Below are positions 1 to 12,196 of a stretch of DNA of 64,000 bases, one piece after another. The first letter of the stretch is position 1. Each line of letters opens with the position of its first letter. The notes under the pieces were generated by a model. The model saw only the letters and a list, made by a program, of their open reading frames with translations. It ran no database searches and had not been told where the DNA came from. Source of the stretch: Octopus bimaculoides (lineage: Eukaryota). The translations under genes and the position numbers were made by a program. The stretch lies in the NCBI RefSeq assembly GCF_001194135.2, contig NC_068989.1, positions 2,080,900 to 2,144,899 of the forward strand, given 5' to 3'.

Positions 1-31
<31 letters not shown>

Positions 32-321
32 TACACATCATTGTGTTTGAAGTGTATACAGATTGATGTATGTATATTCATGTGTAAGGTAAATAAATGC
101 CAATTACACTTTAGGACTACTGGTTCGTACAGCCGGATGTCCGGTCGACTGCAGACTCTAGCGAATTGGAAAGAAATGATATTTAACCTTGTCATTGGTT
201 GAAATCATAGTTAATGTGGATCTTTCTGGTGAGCACGTGAACGTTAAAGTTACATGATGTCTATTATGCGCGATTTGTTGAAAAAAGAAACATACCAAAC
301 ACACATACACACAAATGCATG

Positions 322-431
322 CACACACATGCATTCACGTAGGCACACACATGCATTCACGTAGGCACACACATGCATTCACGTAGGCACACACATGCAT
401 TCACGTAGGCACACACATGCATTCACGTAGG
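322..431. repeat. Minisatellite, 5 perfect copies of 22-bp CACACACATGCATTCACGTAGG
   Basis: Read directly: units start at 322, 344, 366, 388 and 410. Confidence 0.97.
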
Positions 432-595
432 CATACACGCGTGCACGAATGTGCACGTATTTGCAAACTCGTATATTTGCAATATTCCGTCTTCATGGAT
501 CACTGGTAATCGAATAAAAATAATTGGGACACTTCGCATGGGAAGTTCATAAAAAAGCGACTAAACTTTAACGTTAAAAAGATTTTTTGTCTTTG

Positions 596-975
596 CCTTG
601 TTTAAGTCATTAGACTGCGGCCATGCCGGGGCAGCGGCTCGAAGAATTTTTAGTCGGACGAATCGACCCTACTACTTATTTTGTTTAAGCCTGGTATTTA
701 CTCTATTGGATCTTTTTGCCAAGTCGCTAAGTTACAAGAGCGTAAACACACCAACATCGGTTATGAAGCGATGGTGGGAGACAAACACAGACACATACGC
801 ACACAGATACATATACAACGGGTTTCTTTCAGTTTCCGCCAGCCAAATCCACTCGCAAGGCTTTGTACAGTTCGAGAGTATAGTATCAGGCACTTGCCCA
901 AGTCACCACGCAGCGGGACTGAACCCGGAACCATGTGGTTGGGAATGAAACTTCTTACCGCAGAACCACCGGGAG
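596..975 (-). mobile_element. tRNA-derived SINE family A, near full length, diverged
   Basis: Reverse complement aligns with the 7614-7988 copy from head (CTTCTTACC..GCCAC) through CACTTGCCCAAG to tail (GTCATTAGACTGCGGCCATGC). Confidence 0.9.
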
Positions 976-1149
976 TGTGATCATGCTAGTTTCCCTCTAC
1001 TAAATATCCTTTGTTTTTTATAGAGGGGATGTGGATCAGGTCAGTATCATTTAACATAGGTTTGTCACGTGGTGAATGGTTGAAAGAGAAATATAACTCT
1101 TAAATCATTTGAACTGAATAACTGTATGAATAATTACAGTTGAAATCAT

Positions 1150-1221
<72 letters not shown>
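1150..1221. repeat. (TATC)n microsatellite
   Basis: Direct reading. Confidence 0.98.
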
Positions 1222-1222
<1 letters not shown>

Positions 1223-2505
1223 TCCAAAAAGGAAGGCGATTATCAGAATTTTTAAGTGGATCGCTTGAATATTGTGGAAATGCTTTCCACACGAAACCAT
1301 TGGTAGCATTGTTAATCCACAACAAAATTGTGTTGTGTTCTTGAGCAAAATACTATTTTCTTATTATTGATTGTAATTATTAGATGAAGATAAGTCTGAA
1401 TTAAACTAAATACTGAAACCATAAATATAAATATACACCATTGACCTTAACGATTTGAGCCAAGAACGTAAATGACTTGGTAATGGGAGCAGTTATAGGC
1501 GTCTTCCTTTGATTAGGAAAATGTTTGTCTTCTACCTTGTAGCTTTAATATTAGACAAATGTAATGTAATGAATATGGCTGAAAAGAGATGAATGCAAAT
1601 TTTTTCTTCTCACACGATATGTTTCATCAACTTCAAGTTGAATTTTAGTGTAAAAGTTCAACTTTTCAGTACATTTAAAAAAATGACGTGACTATTAATA
1701 AAAAAATGAAGGATTTGAAGACAATACATTAACGTTGTTCCTTCTTCGCGGCAGCCCTTGAATATCGGGTGTCGAACAAGTATGATTAATTATATCATTG
1801 TTAAGAACAAGTGGAATAGAAGAAAGAGAATGATAAAGAAAGCACAAGAAGGAAAAAGACAGGCAAAGAAGAACAAGAGGAAATAGAAACAGAAGGAAAA
1901 GACGAACAATAAAAAGAAGAACAGAAAAGAATCAGAAAAAAAGTTGAAAAAAGAGAAGAAAAGGTGAGTATGAAGGTAAAGAAGACGAAGAAAAACGACA
2001 AACTATATAAGAATGCTAAGAGTAATTTATTATTTGAGACTGAAATATAATGTGTTTGAGGGCCATTTGAAATGTAATCATCGTCTGAAAACCACTTCTG
2101 TGTCCGGTGTATCTAGAGACTGAGCAAAAGCAAATATTGTAGATTGTAAACACATGGTAGCGATAGAGTTAGGTTAGATTATAGTAAATGTATATAAACA
2201 TATTGAGTGGTGTTCTTTAAGTAAGTATTCTAATCTCAACAGAACAGTACTATAGGTTATCATTTTTTAGTCTCAACCCCGATCAAGGACCTATAATCAA
2301 AACAATTCCTCCCAACCGTAAACATTCCCTGCTTTCTTTCAAGTAGGGCGTGTCCTAAAGACAATTATTCATTATGCCTTCATTTGTTGCTAAAAAAAGA
2401 TTCAAATGTTTAATTGTTGGGAAAATATCGATTGGCTCATATAAATGGAGTTCTCTCCCTTGTTGGTTGTATTTAGATTTTAAGCCCTTGAAAGAATTTT
2501 GTTTA

Positions 2506-2583
2506 CTGATTGAACAGATAATTTCGGTTTATTGAAAGTTTCAACTGATTGAACAGATAATTTCGGTTTATTGAAAGTTTCAA
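2506..2583. repeat. Perfect 39-bp tandem duplication
   Basis: CTGATTGAACAGATAATTTCGGTTTATTGAAAGTTTCAA at 2506-2544 and 2545-2583. Confidence 0.97.
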
Positions 2584-2689
2584 CTTACTGTATTGTATGA
2601 AAGCCTAACGTATATGACCTGAGAATGATTTGCCTGCTATTTTATGCCGGACAGAGAGGGCCTGATTCGCAGTTTCTTACTTCCTTCAA

Positions 2690-2905
2690 TCCACCGGTCA
2701 CAATAAAAGGCAATAGTTACTGCGTTGAAAAAGTATGTCAGTGGATACTCAGTTTTGGTACAAAGTGTAAATCGTCATTTAACCTCAGGAAAGCTATGAT
2801 TCTGCGGAACTATGGTTAAATACAATGAGTGGAATAAGGCTCTATGAGGCATTACAAAAATCAAATTTGGTATGCCTGACATGAAGTGGCGCGAATTGTC
2901 TGAAA
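2690..2905 (+). pseudogene. Possible Chapaev-like transposase N-terminal relic
   Basis: Translation ALKKY...KYNEWNKAL*GITKIKFGMPDMKWRE resembles the (K/P)FG(I/V)PMVWRE motif of Chapaev transposases as I recall it. Contains stops. Confidence 0.3.
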
Positions 2906-3185
2906 AAATTGTCAGATTCTTTTCTTTTCTATTAACAGGTAAGAATATAAAAAAAGAACAAATGAATAATGAAAATGCATATATTTATTTAGGAGTTTGT
3001 GAAACTGATTGCGTAAAGGGTAAAAAGAGGGACACGCTGAAATCTGAGTGCATAAAAAGTTCCAGGGTGATGTTACCCATCACCTTTATGCTTTCACAGT
3101 TGTGAACTTACTACTAAATGAAAAAGTGAGCTATCATCAGGTAGAACAACCAACAACTATAAACTATAAAATATTCTTTTCTACT

Positions 3186-3362
3186 CTAGGCATAAGGCCC
3201 GAAATTTTGGAGGAGGGGGCCAGTAGATTAGATCGACCACGGTACGCAACTGGTACTTAATTTATCGACCCCGAAAGGATGAAAGGCAAAGTCGACCTTG
3301 GCGGAATTTGAACTCAGAATGTAAAGACAGATGAAATACTAAGTATTTCGCCTGGCGTACAA
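3186..3362 (-). mobile_element. SINE family D (head truncated)
   Basis: Matches the 61238-61420 copy: ATCGACCCCGAAAGGATGAAAGGCAAAGTCGACC..GGCGGAATTTGAACTCAGAA. Confidence 0.92.
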
Positions 3363-3599
3363 CTACAAAATATCGATAAAGGAAAAACTAGGAAGATTCT
3401 GCCATGTACAATATATTAAGTGTATATGAAACACATTAATAGTGGAAAGAGTTTGTTTTATGTTGAATATTGATTTGTCTTAGGGAAAAACTGTTTATAC
3501 AAGAATGAATAAGAAAATGTAGAAATTGTGAGAATCACGAAAGTAATGACAACATAAAAACCGAAATAGAGAAAGAAAATACTCTCCAAAACAGGGAAG

Positions 3600-4200
3600 A
3601 CAGACTGAACGAAAAAAGAAATGGCGAGGAATGTTCTTGAAGAATAAAGAACAAAAGCACTTGGACTTAGAGACTACTTAAAGAAAGGTAAAACGCAGGA
3701 GGTACTATAATAACAACTGAATAAGAAGGCCTCAACTATGCGAATAATGAGAAGGCATTTAGATAAAAAGGATACATCTCCAGAAAAGAGACTTAATATC
3801 AGAGATTCATTTATCTCACCACTTACTATTAGGGTAATAAGAACTCTCTACAAAAACATTGCAAAGGCTGCTTGGGGACAAAATTACCTCAGTTATACAG
3901 TAGTAGTTGTTTAAAACTTACAATACTATATATACAGCCAAGTGATATGAACCCACACTCATTAAAGTTGTTGAAATCGAACAACTATTTTATGAACAGG
4001 AAAACCTAAACGCACAATCAGATATCGTTGTATTAGAGAAAAACATTATCTATCCATTTGACTCTAGGGTGAAAGAAAAAAAGCAACGAGAAGATAGATA
4101 AATACCAGGACCTAAAGTGGGAACTAAAAAGCTTTGTCATTGCGGTAAGATAATAGTAATTCCTATTATGAAAGGAATTATAAGTTCACTGGATACATAA
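3600..4200 (+). pseudogene. Decayed 3' part of an RLE-type (R4/NeSL-like) non-LTR retrotransposon
   Basis: Frameshifted translation gives SDIVVLEK...YPFDSRVKEK..EKIDKYQDLKWELKSL..KIIVIPI, i.e. the PD-(D/E)xK restriction-like endonuclease region. It parallels the 47705-48310 copy. Confidence 0.7.
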
Positions 4201-4300
4201 CTGGAAAACTATCATATCACCAAATGACTTGCTATAATCACTGCAACAATAAACCTTTTGATATTATATAAAAAATATTCTTCTCGGTACAGTGAGAGCT

Positions 4301-4365
4301 TGACGATATATGCTGACGATATATGCTGACGATATATGCTGACGATATATGCTGACGATATATGC
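4301..4365. repeat. 5 perfect copies of 13-bp TGACGATATATGC
   Basis: Direct reading. Confidence 0.97.
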
Positions 4366-4795
4366 ATAGGTAACTGTTTGATGTTCAGAAAACATAATCG
4401 ACAGAATCACTTACACAACTGCTGTGCAAATACGAAATAACAAGAACAATTTCTGTGTTGGCCATTACATAAAATATGACAACACAATACACTCGTATCT
4501 GCGCCATACACACAGCGTATATTCAATATAAAACAATTTGCATAACAAATAATCGATGAAGCCCTCACCAGACAAAATAAAACAGCTTCACACAACACAT
4601 ACTCTATCCATTCATCACCCAATAAAATAGCTCAACAAATACGCTTACATAATCGATAATCGATACAATAACAAGTCATACAGCTTACGTTGCACAGTCA
4701 CTGCTCAATTATATAACACAACCCACAGAACACATATTCTATTACATGGTAAAATGCGAGCATGAAAAGTCATATTCTTAAGATCATAAACCTGG

Positions 4796-4883
4796 AAAAG
4801 TGCAGGACAAGTTAATACACCAGTAAAAGTATAGGACAAGGTATTACACCTGTAAAAGTATAGGACAAACCATTACTTCTCGT
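4796..4883. repeat. About 3 diverged copies of a 29-bp unit AAAAGTATAGGACAAGGTATTACACCTGT
   Basis: Units start at 4796, 4825 and 4854. Confidence 0.85.
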
Positions 4884-5057
4884 AAAGTAAAGAATAAGAA
4901 ACCTTTTTCTTAAAATATTGCAGCAAAGAATGCCAGTTCTTCTAATTAACGTCAAAAACGTTAAGAGTAAACCCTGTTCTATGTGACACACTCTACCAGT
5001 ATCGGAAGTTTGAAAGTGTTTAGTTAAAAAAAAAAAATGAATTAAATAATCTGTACG

Positions 5058-5149
5058 TCAAAGTCGACGTCGGCGAAATTTGAACTCAAAACGTAAAGAC
5101 CGCTAAGAATTTTGCTCGGAGCGCTAACATTTCTGCGTGCTCGCCGCCT
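5058..5149 (-). mobile_element. SINE family D head fragment
   Basis: AAAGTCGACGTCGGCGAAATTTGAACTC...GCTCGCCGCCT matches the 61238-61420 copy. Confidence 0.85.
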
Positions 5150-6299
5150 AAGAATGTAAGCATTCATTTTAGAAATATATTCTTTATTCTTATTTCTTAG
5201 GCGTTACTTCTTACTTCCTTACTTACTGACATTAAATTTCGTAATATTTTACATCATAACTGTTTTTCTACTAATTTTTGTTCAATGCGACTAACGATTC
5301 CGAATTCCGCATGCATTTTTCTATCATTTAGGCCTAAGAAAAGTATAGTTTTAATTTAAAATTAAAAAAATTGTTGAAGATGAATATCTGCCTTACTGCC
5401 CACTTGAGGACTAACATATTTTGATGTAACTTTTTTCTACTGAACCAAATCTCAAATTATTTAATGCCCAAGTGTAGCTGAGGAGGTGTCCTTTTTAAAA
5501 CTATTAACAGTTTGCAATACAGTTGAGAACTGAATTAGTGGTGAAACTTGGAAGCTGCTGCAATTGACGAAATAGTGCACTTAAGAATATATTCAAACAC
5601 TACCGTGGTTGAATGATTCCAGTTGTTCTTTCGGGATTTGGAAGCTGAGAAGGAGACAGAAAAATATGAAGCGGTGCAGAGTGTTGAGAGGAATTTTTCT
5701 TAGAAATAAAATATTTAAGCCAGGTACAGTACTTAAAGATTAACCATTTTCAAAATGAAAACTTCTTTTGTCAGGGTTAGAACCTCGGTGGAACATTGTC
5801 TTATCAGTGAATAGGAAGAAACACAATTTAGTATGCACCGAAGTTCAATATAATGTCATTATGCGAGTCCTTATGTTTCGTAATAATCCCCATAAAAAAT
5901 TGAAACATTGCGGCCCTAATTCGCACAGACATCAAAAAGGAGACACACGTTAGATTGGATACGGTAAGAAAATAGAGAGAATTAACCACTGCACGAAATT
6001 AGCTTTCGCTAAAGTAAGATAATCTGTTACTGGTTATTTTCTACAAAACGTAATGGCGGTGTTTGTGAAATGTGTAAAGGGGCGCCGTGGTACAAAAGAC
6101 TAGGAACCATTGCGCTACGCAGTTAGTGCATGATACTACGCTAAATAAAGAAAGGCGCTCAGCGCTGCTTTGGTGAGCCAAGGATTTCGCGCTTGCTTAA
6201 GTATTTGAGCCTTTGGGCAATTCAAGAAATGGTCATAGTGCATAGATGCATGCAGGTGTATATATACATCCTATGTATTCATATACATGTATATATCGT

Positions 6300-6413
6300 C
6301 CCTATACATATATAAATAAATATATATATACATATATGTGTGTGTGTATATAAATGCATATATATAAATATATACAAATATATATATATACATATATATA
6401 TATACATATACAT

Positions 6414-6444
<31 letters not shown>

Positions 6445-6548
6445 CATACATACACACACACATACACATACATAAATACATGCGTGCGCATACACACACA
6501 CGCACACAACACAGATGTATGTATGTAGGTACGTACGTACGTGCGTAC

Positions 6549-6591
<43 letters not shown>
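6300..6591. repeat. Compound (TA)/(CA)/(TG) microsatellite
   Basis: Direct reading. Source of several spurious YI/HT/CV ORFs. Confidence 0.95.
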
Positions 6592-6594
<3 letters not shown>

Positions 6595-7408
6595 CGGAGT
6601 AAGCACATGAAATGTGCAACAAGGTGGAAAAAAGAGTACTCAAATACCAGAGGTAGAGTAATATGCTTTATTTAAATAAAGTATATATATATATATTCTT
6701 TTATTTGTTTCCCGCGGTTGTTTGGTTCCAAAGAAAAAAACCCCCGATTAAATGAATCATTGATAAATGAATAATAGAACGTGGGGGACAAAAAAAAAAA
6801 TGGTTTCGTTCCGACACTCCAAGTTTTCCTGTTCATTGTGGATGGTCGCTGAGGTGCGATTTTGGTCGTCATGATAAGCATAAAATGGCTCACAATTGAG
6901 CGGTCCGTGTTATCTCGGATCAATGATGAATGTATCAGTACTCAACGATAAGTCAGTGATAAATGACATTATCAATCTAGGTTATTAACCTGTTAGACAT
7001 TCGACTTCCTCTATAATTTAGTTTAGCTATATCAACTATCTTGCAACATTAATTGTACCATATTCTTTATAGATTTCACGTATTTCCTTCTCATAAAGGA
7101 ATCATATTATTTTACTTCGGGTCATTACATGCAGTAATACACTCTTTGATTCGTTTAATTCTATCTTTAGAAAAAAATACATTTAACATATTTCATTTAT
7201 TTGAATAACCGCTAATTACATATAACATTCTCGTCGACACGTCATATATACCCGTATTAAGCTGTGTGTATCATCTTCAGTCGAATAATCGAGTTACTAT
7301 TGCTGAATAAATTCAGTTTTGTGGTAAACAGGGAAATGATTTAATTTGTATGCGACTAACTTTAATAAGGTTTCAACTTTATTTATTCTGTGTATTCGTA
7401 ATGCTTGG

Positions 7409-7560
<152 letters not shown>

Positions 7561-7613
7561 ACATATACACAAAATAGTTATATATATATGTAAGTACAAA
7601 TACACAACCTATA

Positions 7614-7770
7614 GGCGCAGGAGTGGCTGTGTGGTAAGTAGCTTGCCTACCAACCACATGGTTCCTGGTTCAGTTCCACTGCGAGGCACCTTGGGCAATT
7701 GTCTTCTACTATAGCCTCGGGCCGACCAAAGCCTTGTGAGTGGATTTGGTGGATAGAAAGAAGCCCGTCG

Positions 7771-7801
<31 letters not shown>

Positions 7802-7988
7802 CCCTCCACCATCGCTTGACAACCGATGGTGGCGTGTCTACGTCCCCGTAACTTAGCGGTTCGGCGAAAGATACCGATAGAATAAGTACTAGGCTTACAA
7901 AGAATAAGTCCTGGATTCGATTTGTTCGACTAAAGGCGGTGCTACAGCATGGCCGCAGTTAAATGACTGAAACAAATAAAAGAATAAA
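7614..7988 (+). mobile_element. tRNA-derived SINE family A, full length, with internal (TA)n
   Basis: Pol III A-box TGGCTGTGTGG and B-box GGTTCAGTTCC, then CACCTTGGGCAA (CORE-like), internal (TA)n at about 7770-7797, and tail GCATGGCCGCAGTTAAATGACTGAAACAAATAAAAG. At least 9 related copies in the window. Confidence 0.93.
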
Positions 7989-8000
7989 TGAAAAGAAAGA

Positions 8001-8057
<57 letters not shown>

Positions 8058-8068
8058 GATGATTCATA

Positions 8069-8184
8069 TTCACTCACAAAATATTGATCAACCAAAGACA
8101 GTTGCCCAAAGGGCCACACAGTGGAACTGAACTCGAAACTGCGTGGTTGCAAACGGGCTTCTTAACTACAAAATAATGCCTGCG
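8069..8184 (-). mobile_element. SINE family A 5' part, inverted relative to 7614-7770
   Basis: TTGCCCAAAGGGCCACACAGTGGAACTGAACTCGAAAC is the reverse complement of the head. Confidence 0.8.
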
Positions 8185-8229
8185 TATAATTTTTCATTCA
8201 AAATATGCAAAATGTGTCTGAGGGAAAGA

Positions 8230-8940
8230 TGATATGCACATCAGGTTTCAATTAGTTTTAAAATGCACTTTTGCACCCGTCATGGAAGAACCATTATTGC
8301 AAATCAAATATGTTTTAGAGGAACATATCTTTTTCATGCATGGAAAATTTAACCGAATTGTCTACGGCATCAAGCTTCTTCAAGTAAAAGTATCTTCTAA
8401 CTGTAGACAAAATGTAGGTCACTGAAATATCACTAGTTTCATCACTTATGATTGAGAGCTTTTTCCGTCTCACAGATATCCGTTATCGCTATTTTCTCAT
8501 TAAAAAACGCTATTCCATCTTGAATAAGATATAAAATTTTTGTTTTCATTGATAATTTATCTGCAATCTTACTATCAGGAAACGCTCTCGTACACACCAT
8601 CACAACACGATCAACATTTGCAAAGGGAATATTATGTTCAGTCAACAATAAACAGTCCGGTTGTAGACTCTCTGGTGACTGTGTTTCAACATTTATTGAG
8701 AAATATCCAGATATAGCCACTTCAAAGAATTTCTTATGTTTTAATGGAGTTGTCTGTTTCATTGGTATGGAAATATCTGCAATTCTCAGAGTAATGGTGC
8801 TGCATTTACAATAACTAGTTTCTTTATCACGTGTCTCTTGTTGAAGCTAATCCTTAAATCTGGCATTTTCCAACCATTTCTCCTTCAACAGTGCTCATAC
8901 CATTTTTTAAAATATATTTTTGTGGGAGTTTATATTTCAT
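8230..8940 (-). pseudogene. hAT-superfamily transposase relic
   Basis: ORF 8442-8762 gives TEHNIPFANVD...FPDSKIADKLSMKTKILYLIQDGIA. After a frameshift comes LSIISDETSDISV (first catalytic Asp, 8443-8420), then NNGSSMTGAK. Confidence 0.75.
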
Positions 8941-9704
8941 TATTATTATTATAGAAGACAAATAATATACAAATGTTACAAGGCTGTAACGACTAGAAAA
9001 GGGAGTTTTCATATACAAATCACGATGCACAACGAAAACAAACATTGAATGGTACTCTTGCATGGCACAAAGAACCAAAACTGGTACAATACATTGTATG
9101 GATGCTTGTTTGTATGCATCTGTGTATGTATATATGTATGATTGTATTCTGTAGATATGTTCGTGTGTGTATGTGTGTGTGTGCTTGAGGTATGCGCGCA
9201 TCGTGTGTATGAATGCGTGCTTATATAAGTATATGCATGTATTTACATATATATTTATGTATATACACATACATAGACACACGACGAGCTTCTTTCAGTT
9301 TCCGTCACGGTCTACGAGGTGTTTTTGTATTACATATGTGATATATATGCATTATATTTGATATACATATATCATATATGTAATAATGAAATTATAAATT
9401 ACACACATGATACCATGGTCCGTAGAAAAACTGTGTTGCATGAAATAGGTGTATCGTGTTACTGGGCGATCATGCAGTAGTAATATGTGAAATTTGAACT
9501 TTGAAGGCATTTACTTGAAGATGATTATAACAAAAATACCATAAACATATCAAAGAATATATACATATGATGTGTGTGTGTGTGTGTGTGTGTGTTTGGA
9601 TTGATATTATTTGAGATATATAGGTATATATTTCGATAGTTGTAGATTCTACTTAATTATTTTGTCCGTTATAATTTTGTTGTATTTCTGTTTTTAATAT
9701 ATGT

Positions 9705-9830
9705 GATCCTTTCTGTTGAAGAGCGTAGGCTCGAAACGTAAAAACTTTCTCACTTCCCGAGCGTTAAACTAATACATCTGTTTGTTGTTTACACACCCAT
9801 CTTCGTCTTTCTTGTTTTTTTTTTGCAAAT
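9705..9830 (+). mobile_element. Penelope-type terminal repeat fragment with core-mutated minimal hammerhead motif
   Basis: CTTT-CTGTTGA-A-GAGC GTAG GCTC-GAAA-CG-TA-AAAA. Same family on the minus strand at 56520-56610, and its 3' part recurs at about 36145-36210. Confidence 0.6.
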
Positions 9831-10235
9831 AATACTCTACTTCTTAATTTTCTTCCATTATTTTCCTTCTTTATGTTCTTTCTCTTCATTTCTTTTTCTT
9901 CTTTGTGTTTGTTCTTGCTTTTCTTCTTGTCTCACGTCGTCTTCTTCATGATGTTCGCCGCCTTGTCATTGCTGTTGTAAATAATGCTGTTTTCCTATAT
10001 TTTCAAAGCTCTCTAAAGAAAATGACGTCCTTCATTAAAATCTATATTAAAACCAATATAAACAAACATAAATATAAACAAATAAATTTTACATAATTTT
10101 GTTTCATGAAATATTTCATTATTACTTTGTTTGCTTATATTAGTTGTTTGTTTATATATTTTTTGTTAACTGGTTCATAAATTTCGACATTTCTCACGTA
10201 ATTCAAATTCCGAAATCCTAATGTTATTTTAGACA

Positions 10236-10591
10236 TGCATACATACATACATACATGCATAATACATACATGCATACATACATACATACATACACACATA
10301 TATGCATGCATGCATGCATCCATACATACAGACATACATACATGCATACATACATACATGCACGCATGCATACATACATGCACGCGTATATACATACATG
10401 CATGCAAACATGCACACATGCATACGTACATATATGCATACATACATGCACACATAGATACATACTCACCGACAGACACACACACACAGATACATATATA
10501 TTTATATATTCATGCATAAATGTATATTATATATTGATATATAAATAGAGGTCGAAAGCTATATACGACTGTATGCATGAGTGTTCATCCG

Positions 10592-10648
<57 letters not shown>

Positions 10649-10760
10649 AAATCGGAAAAATAGTAAGTAATCGAATAAACGAACACATGATTAACAAAAT
10701 CAGAGAAAATAGTAATCGTGAAAACGCAAGAACTATGTATATGTGTGATGTGTGTGTGCG

Positions 10761-10792
<32 letters not shown>

Positions 10793-10890
10793 CATGTGTG
10801 TCTGTAAGTATGTATCTATGTATATATATATGTAGATAAAACTTACTTGGAAGAGGACGCGTGGCGTTCAATCATATAATAATACAAATA

Positions 10891-10985
<95 letters not shown>

Positions 10986-11084
10986 TATATACATACGTCT
11001 ATGTACATACTAACATTTATACGTATATATATATATATATATGCATATGTGACATATATATGTATATGAAGAGACAGAGAGAGA

Positions 11085-11120
<36 letters not shown>

Positions 11121-11154
11121 CAGACATAGACAGACAGACAGACAGACAGAGAAG

Positions 11155-11226
<72 letters not shown>

Positions 11227-11230
11227 GAGA
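10236..11230. repeat. Cluster of microsatellites: (CATA/CATG)n, (TG)n, (TA)n, (GA)/(GACA)n
   Basis: Direct reading, interrupted by short unique stretches. Confidence 0.9.
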
Positions 11231-11733
11231 AAGAGACGGGCAGAATGTGAAAGAATGAGATATAATAACTTACAGACAATTGTCCTAGTGTTTCTTACTA
11301 AATTCTATTTTGATATCTTTTTTCCTCTTTTTTCTTTCACTATAATATCTGGGGAATATATATACACTTCTTATGTCAAAAGACATCGATTATTTTATTG
11401 GAGAGACTCGAGGTAGAAAGTGCGAAACAGATAATTCAATTAACCATTATATTCATAATGCTGTTGCAAGAGAATTCGAGATGAGCCTGATCGAGTAGAA
11501 CGTGGTCGGTGTTGTAGTTGTATTTGCAGTATCGGTTGTTTCTAGCGTTTGCGTATGAATATGAAGAAGGTACACCAAGGAAATTATTTGAAGCTTAAGC
11601 ATGGAAAGGGTGGATGAGCAGAAGATATTAAAATACCTTTTATTCCATGACATTTGCTATAATTAAATATAATGTAAACGCCATAAGCCAGTTCAAGGAA
11701 AACACACATTTATATGTTTTAATACACGTCTAT

Positions 11734-11773
11734 CTGCCTGCCTGTCTGTCTGTCTGCCTGTCTGTCTGCCTGT

Positions 11774-11810
<37 letters not shown>

Positions 11811-11845
11811 TGCCTGTCTGTCTGTCTGTCTGTCTGTCTGCCTGT
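11734..11845. repeat. (CTGT)/(CTGC) microsatellite
   Basis: Direct reading. Confidence 0.95.
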
Positions 11846-12196
11846 CTGGCGGTCAATGTGTTAAACTTATCTTTATTAATGTATATATATAGATATTATT
11901 AATGTATATTAATGTATATATAGATATTATTAATGTATATCGAATAGATATACATAGATATATTACACAGATATAAGAGTTAGAAGTTGTGATCCGCCCG
12001 CGGAACTTTTTCTTTGGAAATTTTTGCCTGTCGCACTAAAAAATTATCCCACCCCTGGTCTATAGTCAGTTTTCATCCCATGATTTTGTCTTGGAAATTT
12101 TTACTATTCCCGCAACAACTTTTTGCATTTCAGGGTACCGCCTGCCTGAAAGGATAGACTTGTTTCCTCGCCAAGAAGCTTCCTTCTTCAGAGGCT

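Noticed and set aside
322-431. Short regular repeats as a CRISPR array (also 4301-4365)
   Set aside because: No unique spacers, eukaryotic context and no cas genes.
1801-2001. Hydrophobic F/S/L-rich ORF resembling a membrane protein
   Set aside because: Translation of a GA-rich low-complexity tract.
6075-6115. GGGGCGCCGTGG...GGAACCATTG hAT-like right end
   Set aside because: No matching left TIR or 8-bp TSD found, so it was not listed as a feature.
7228-7285. CTGAAGATGATAC... Penelope-like hammerhead on the minus strand
   Set aside because: The GAAA half of the core is absent. At most a dead relic.
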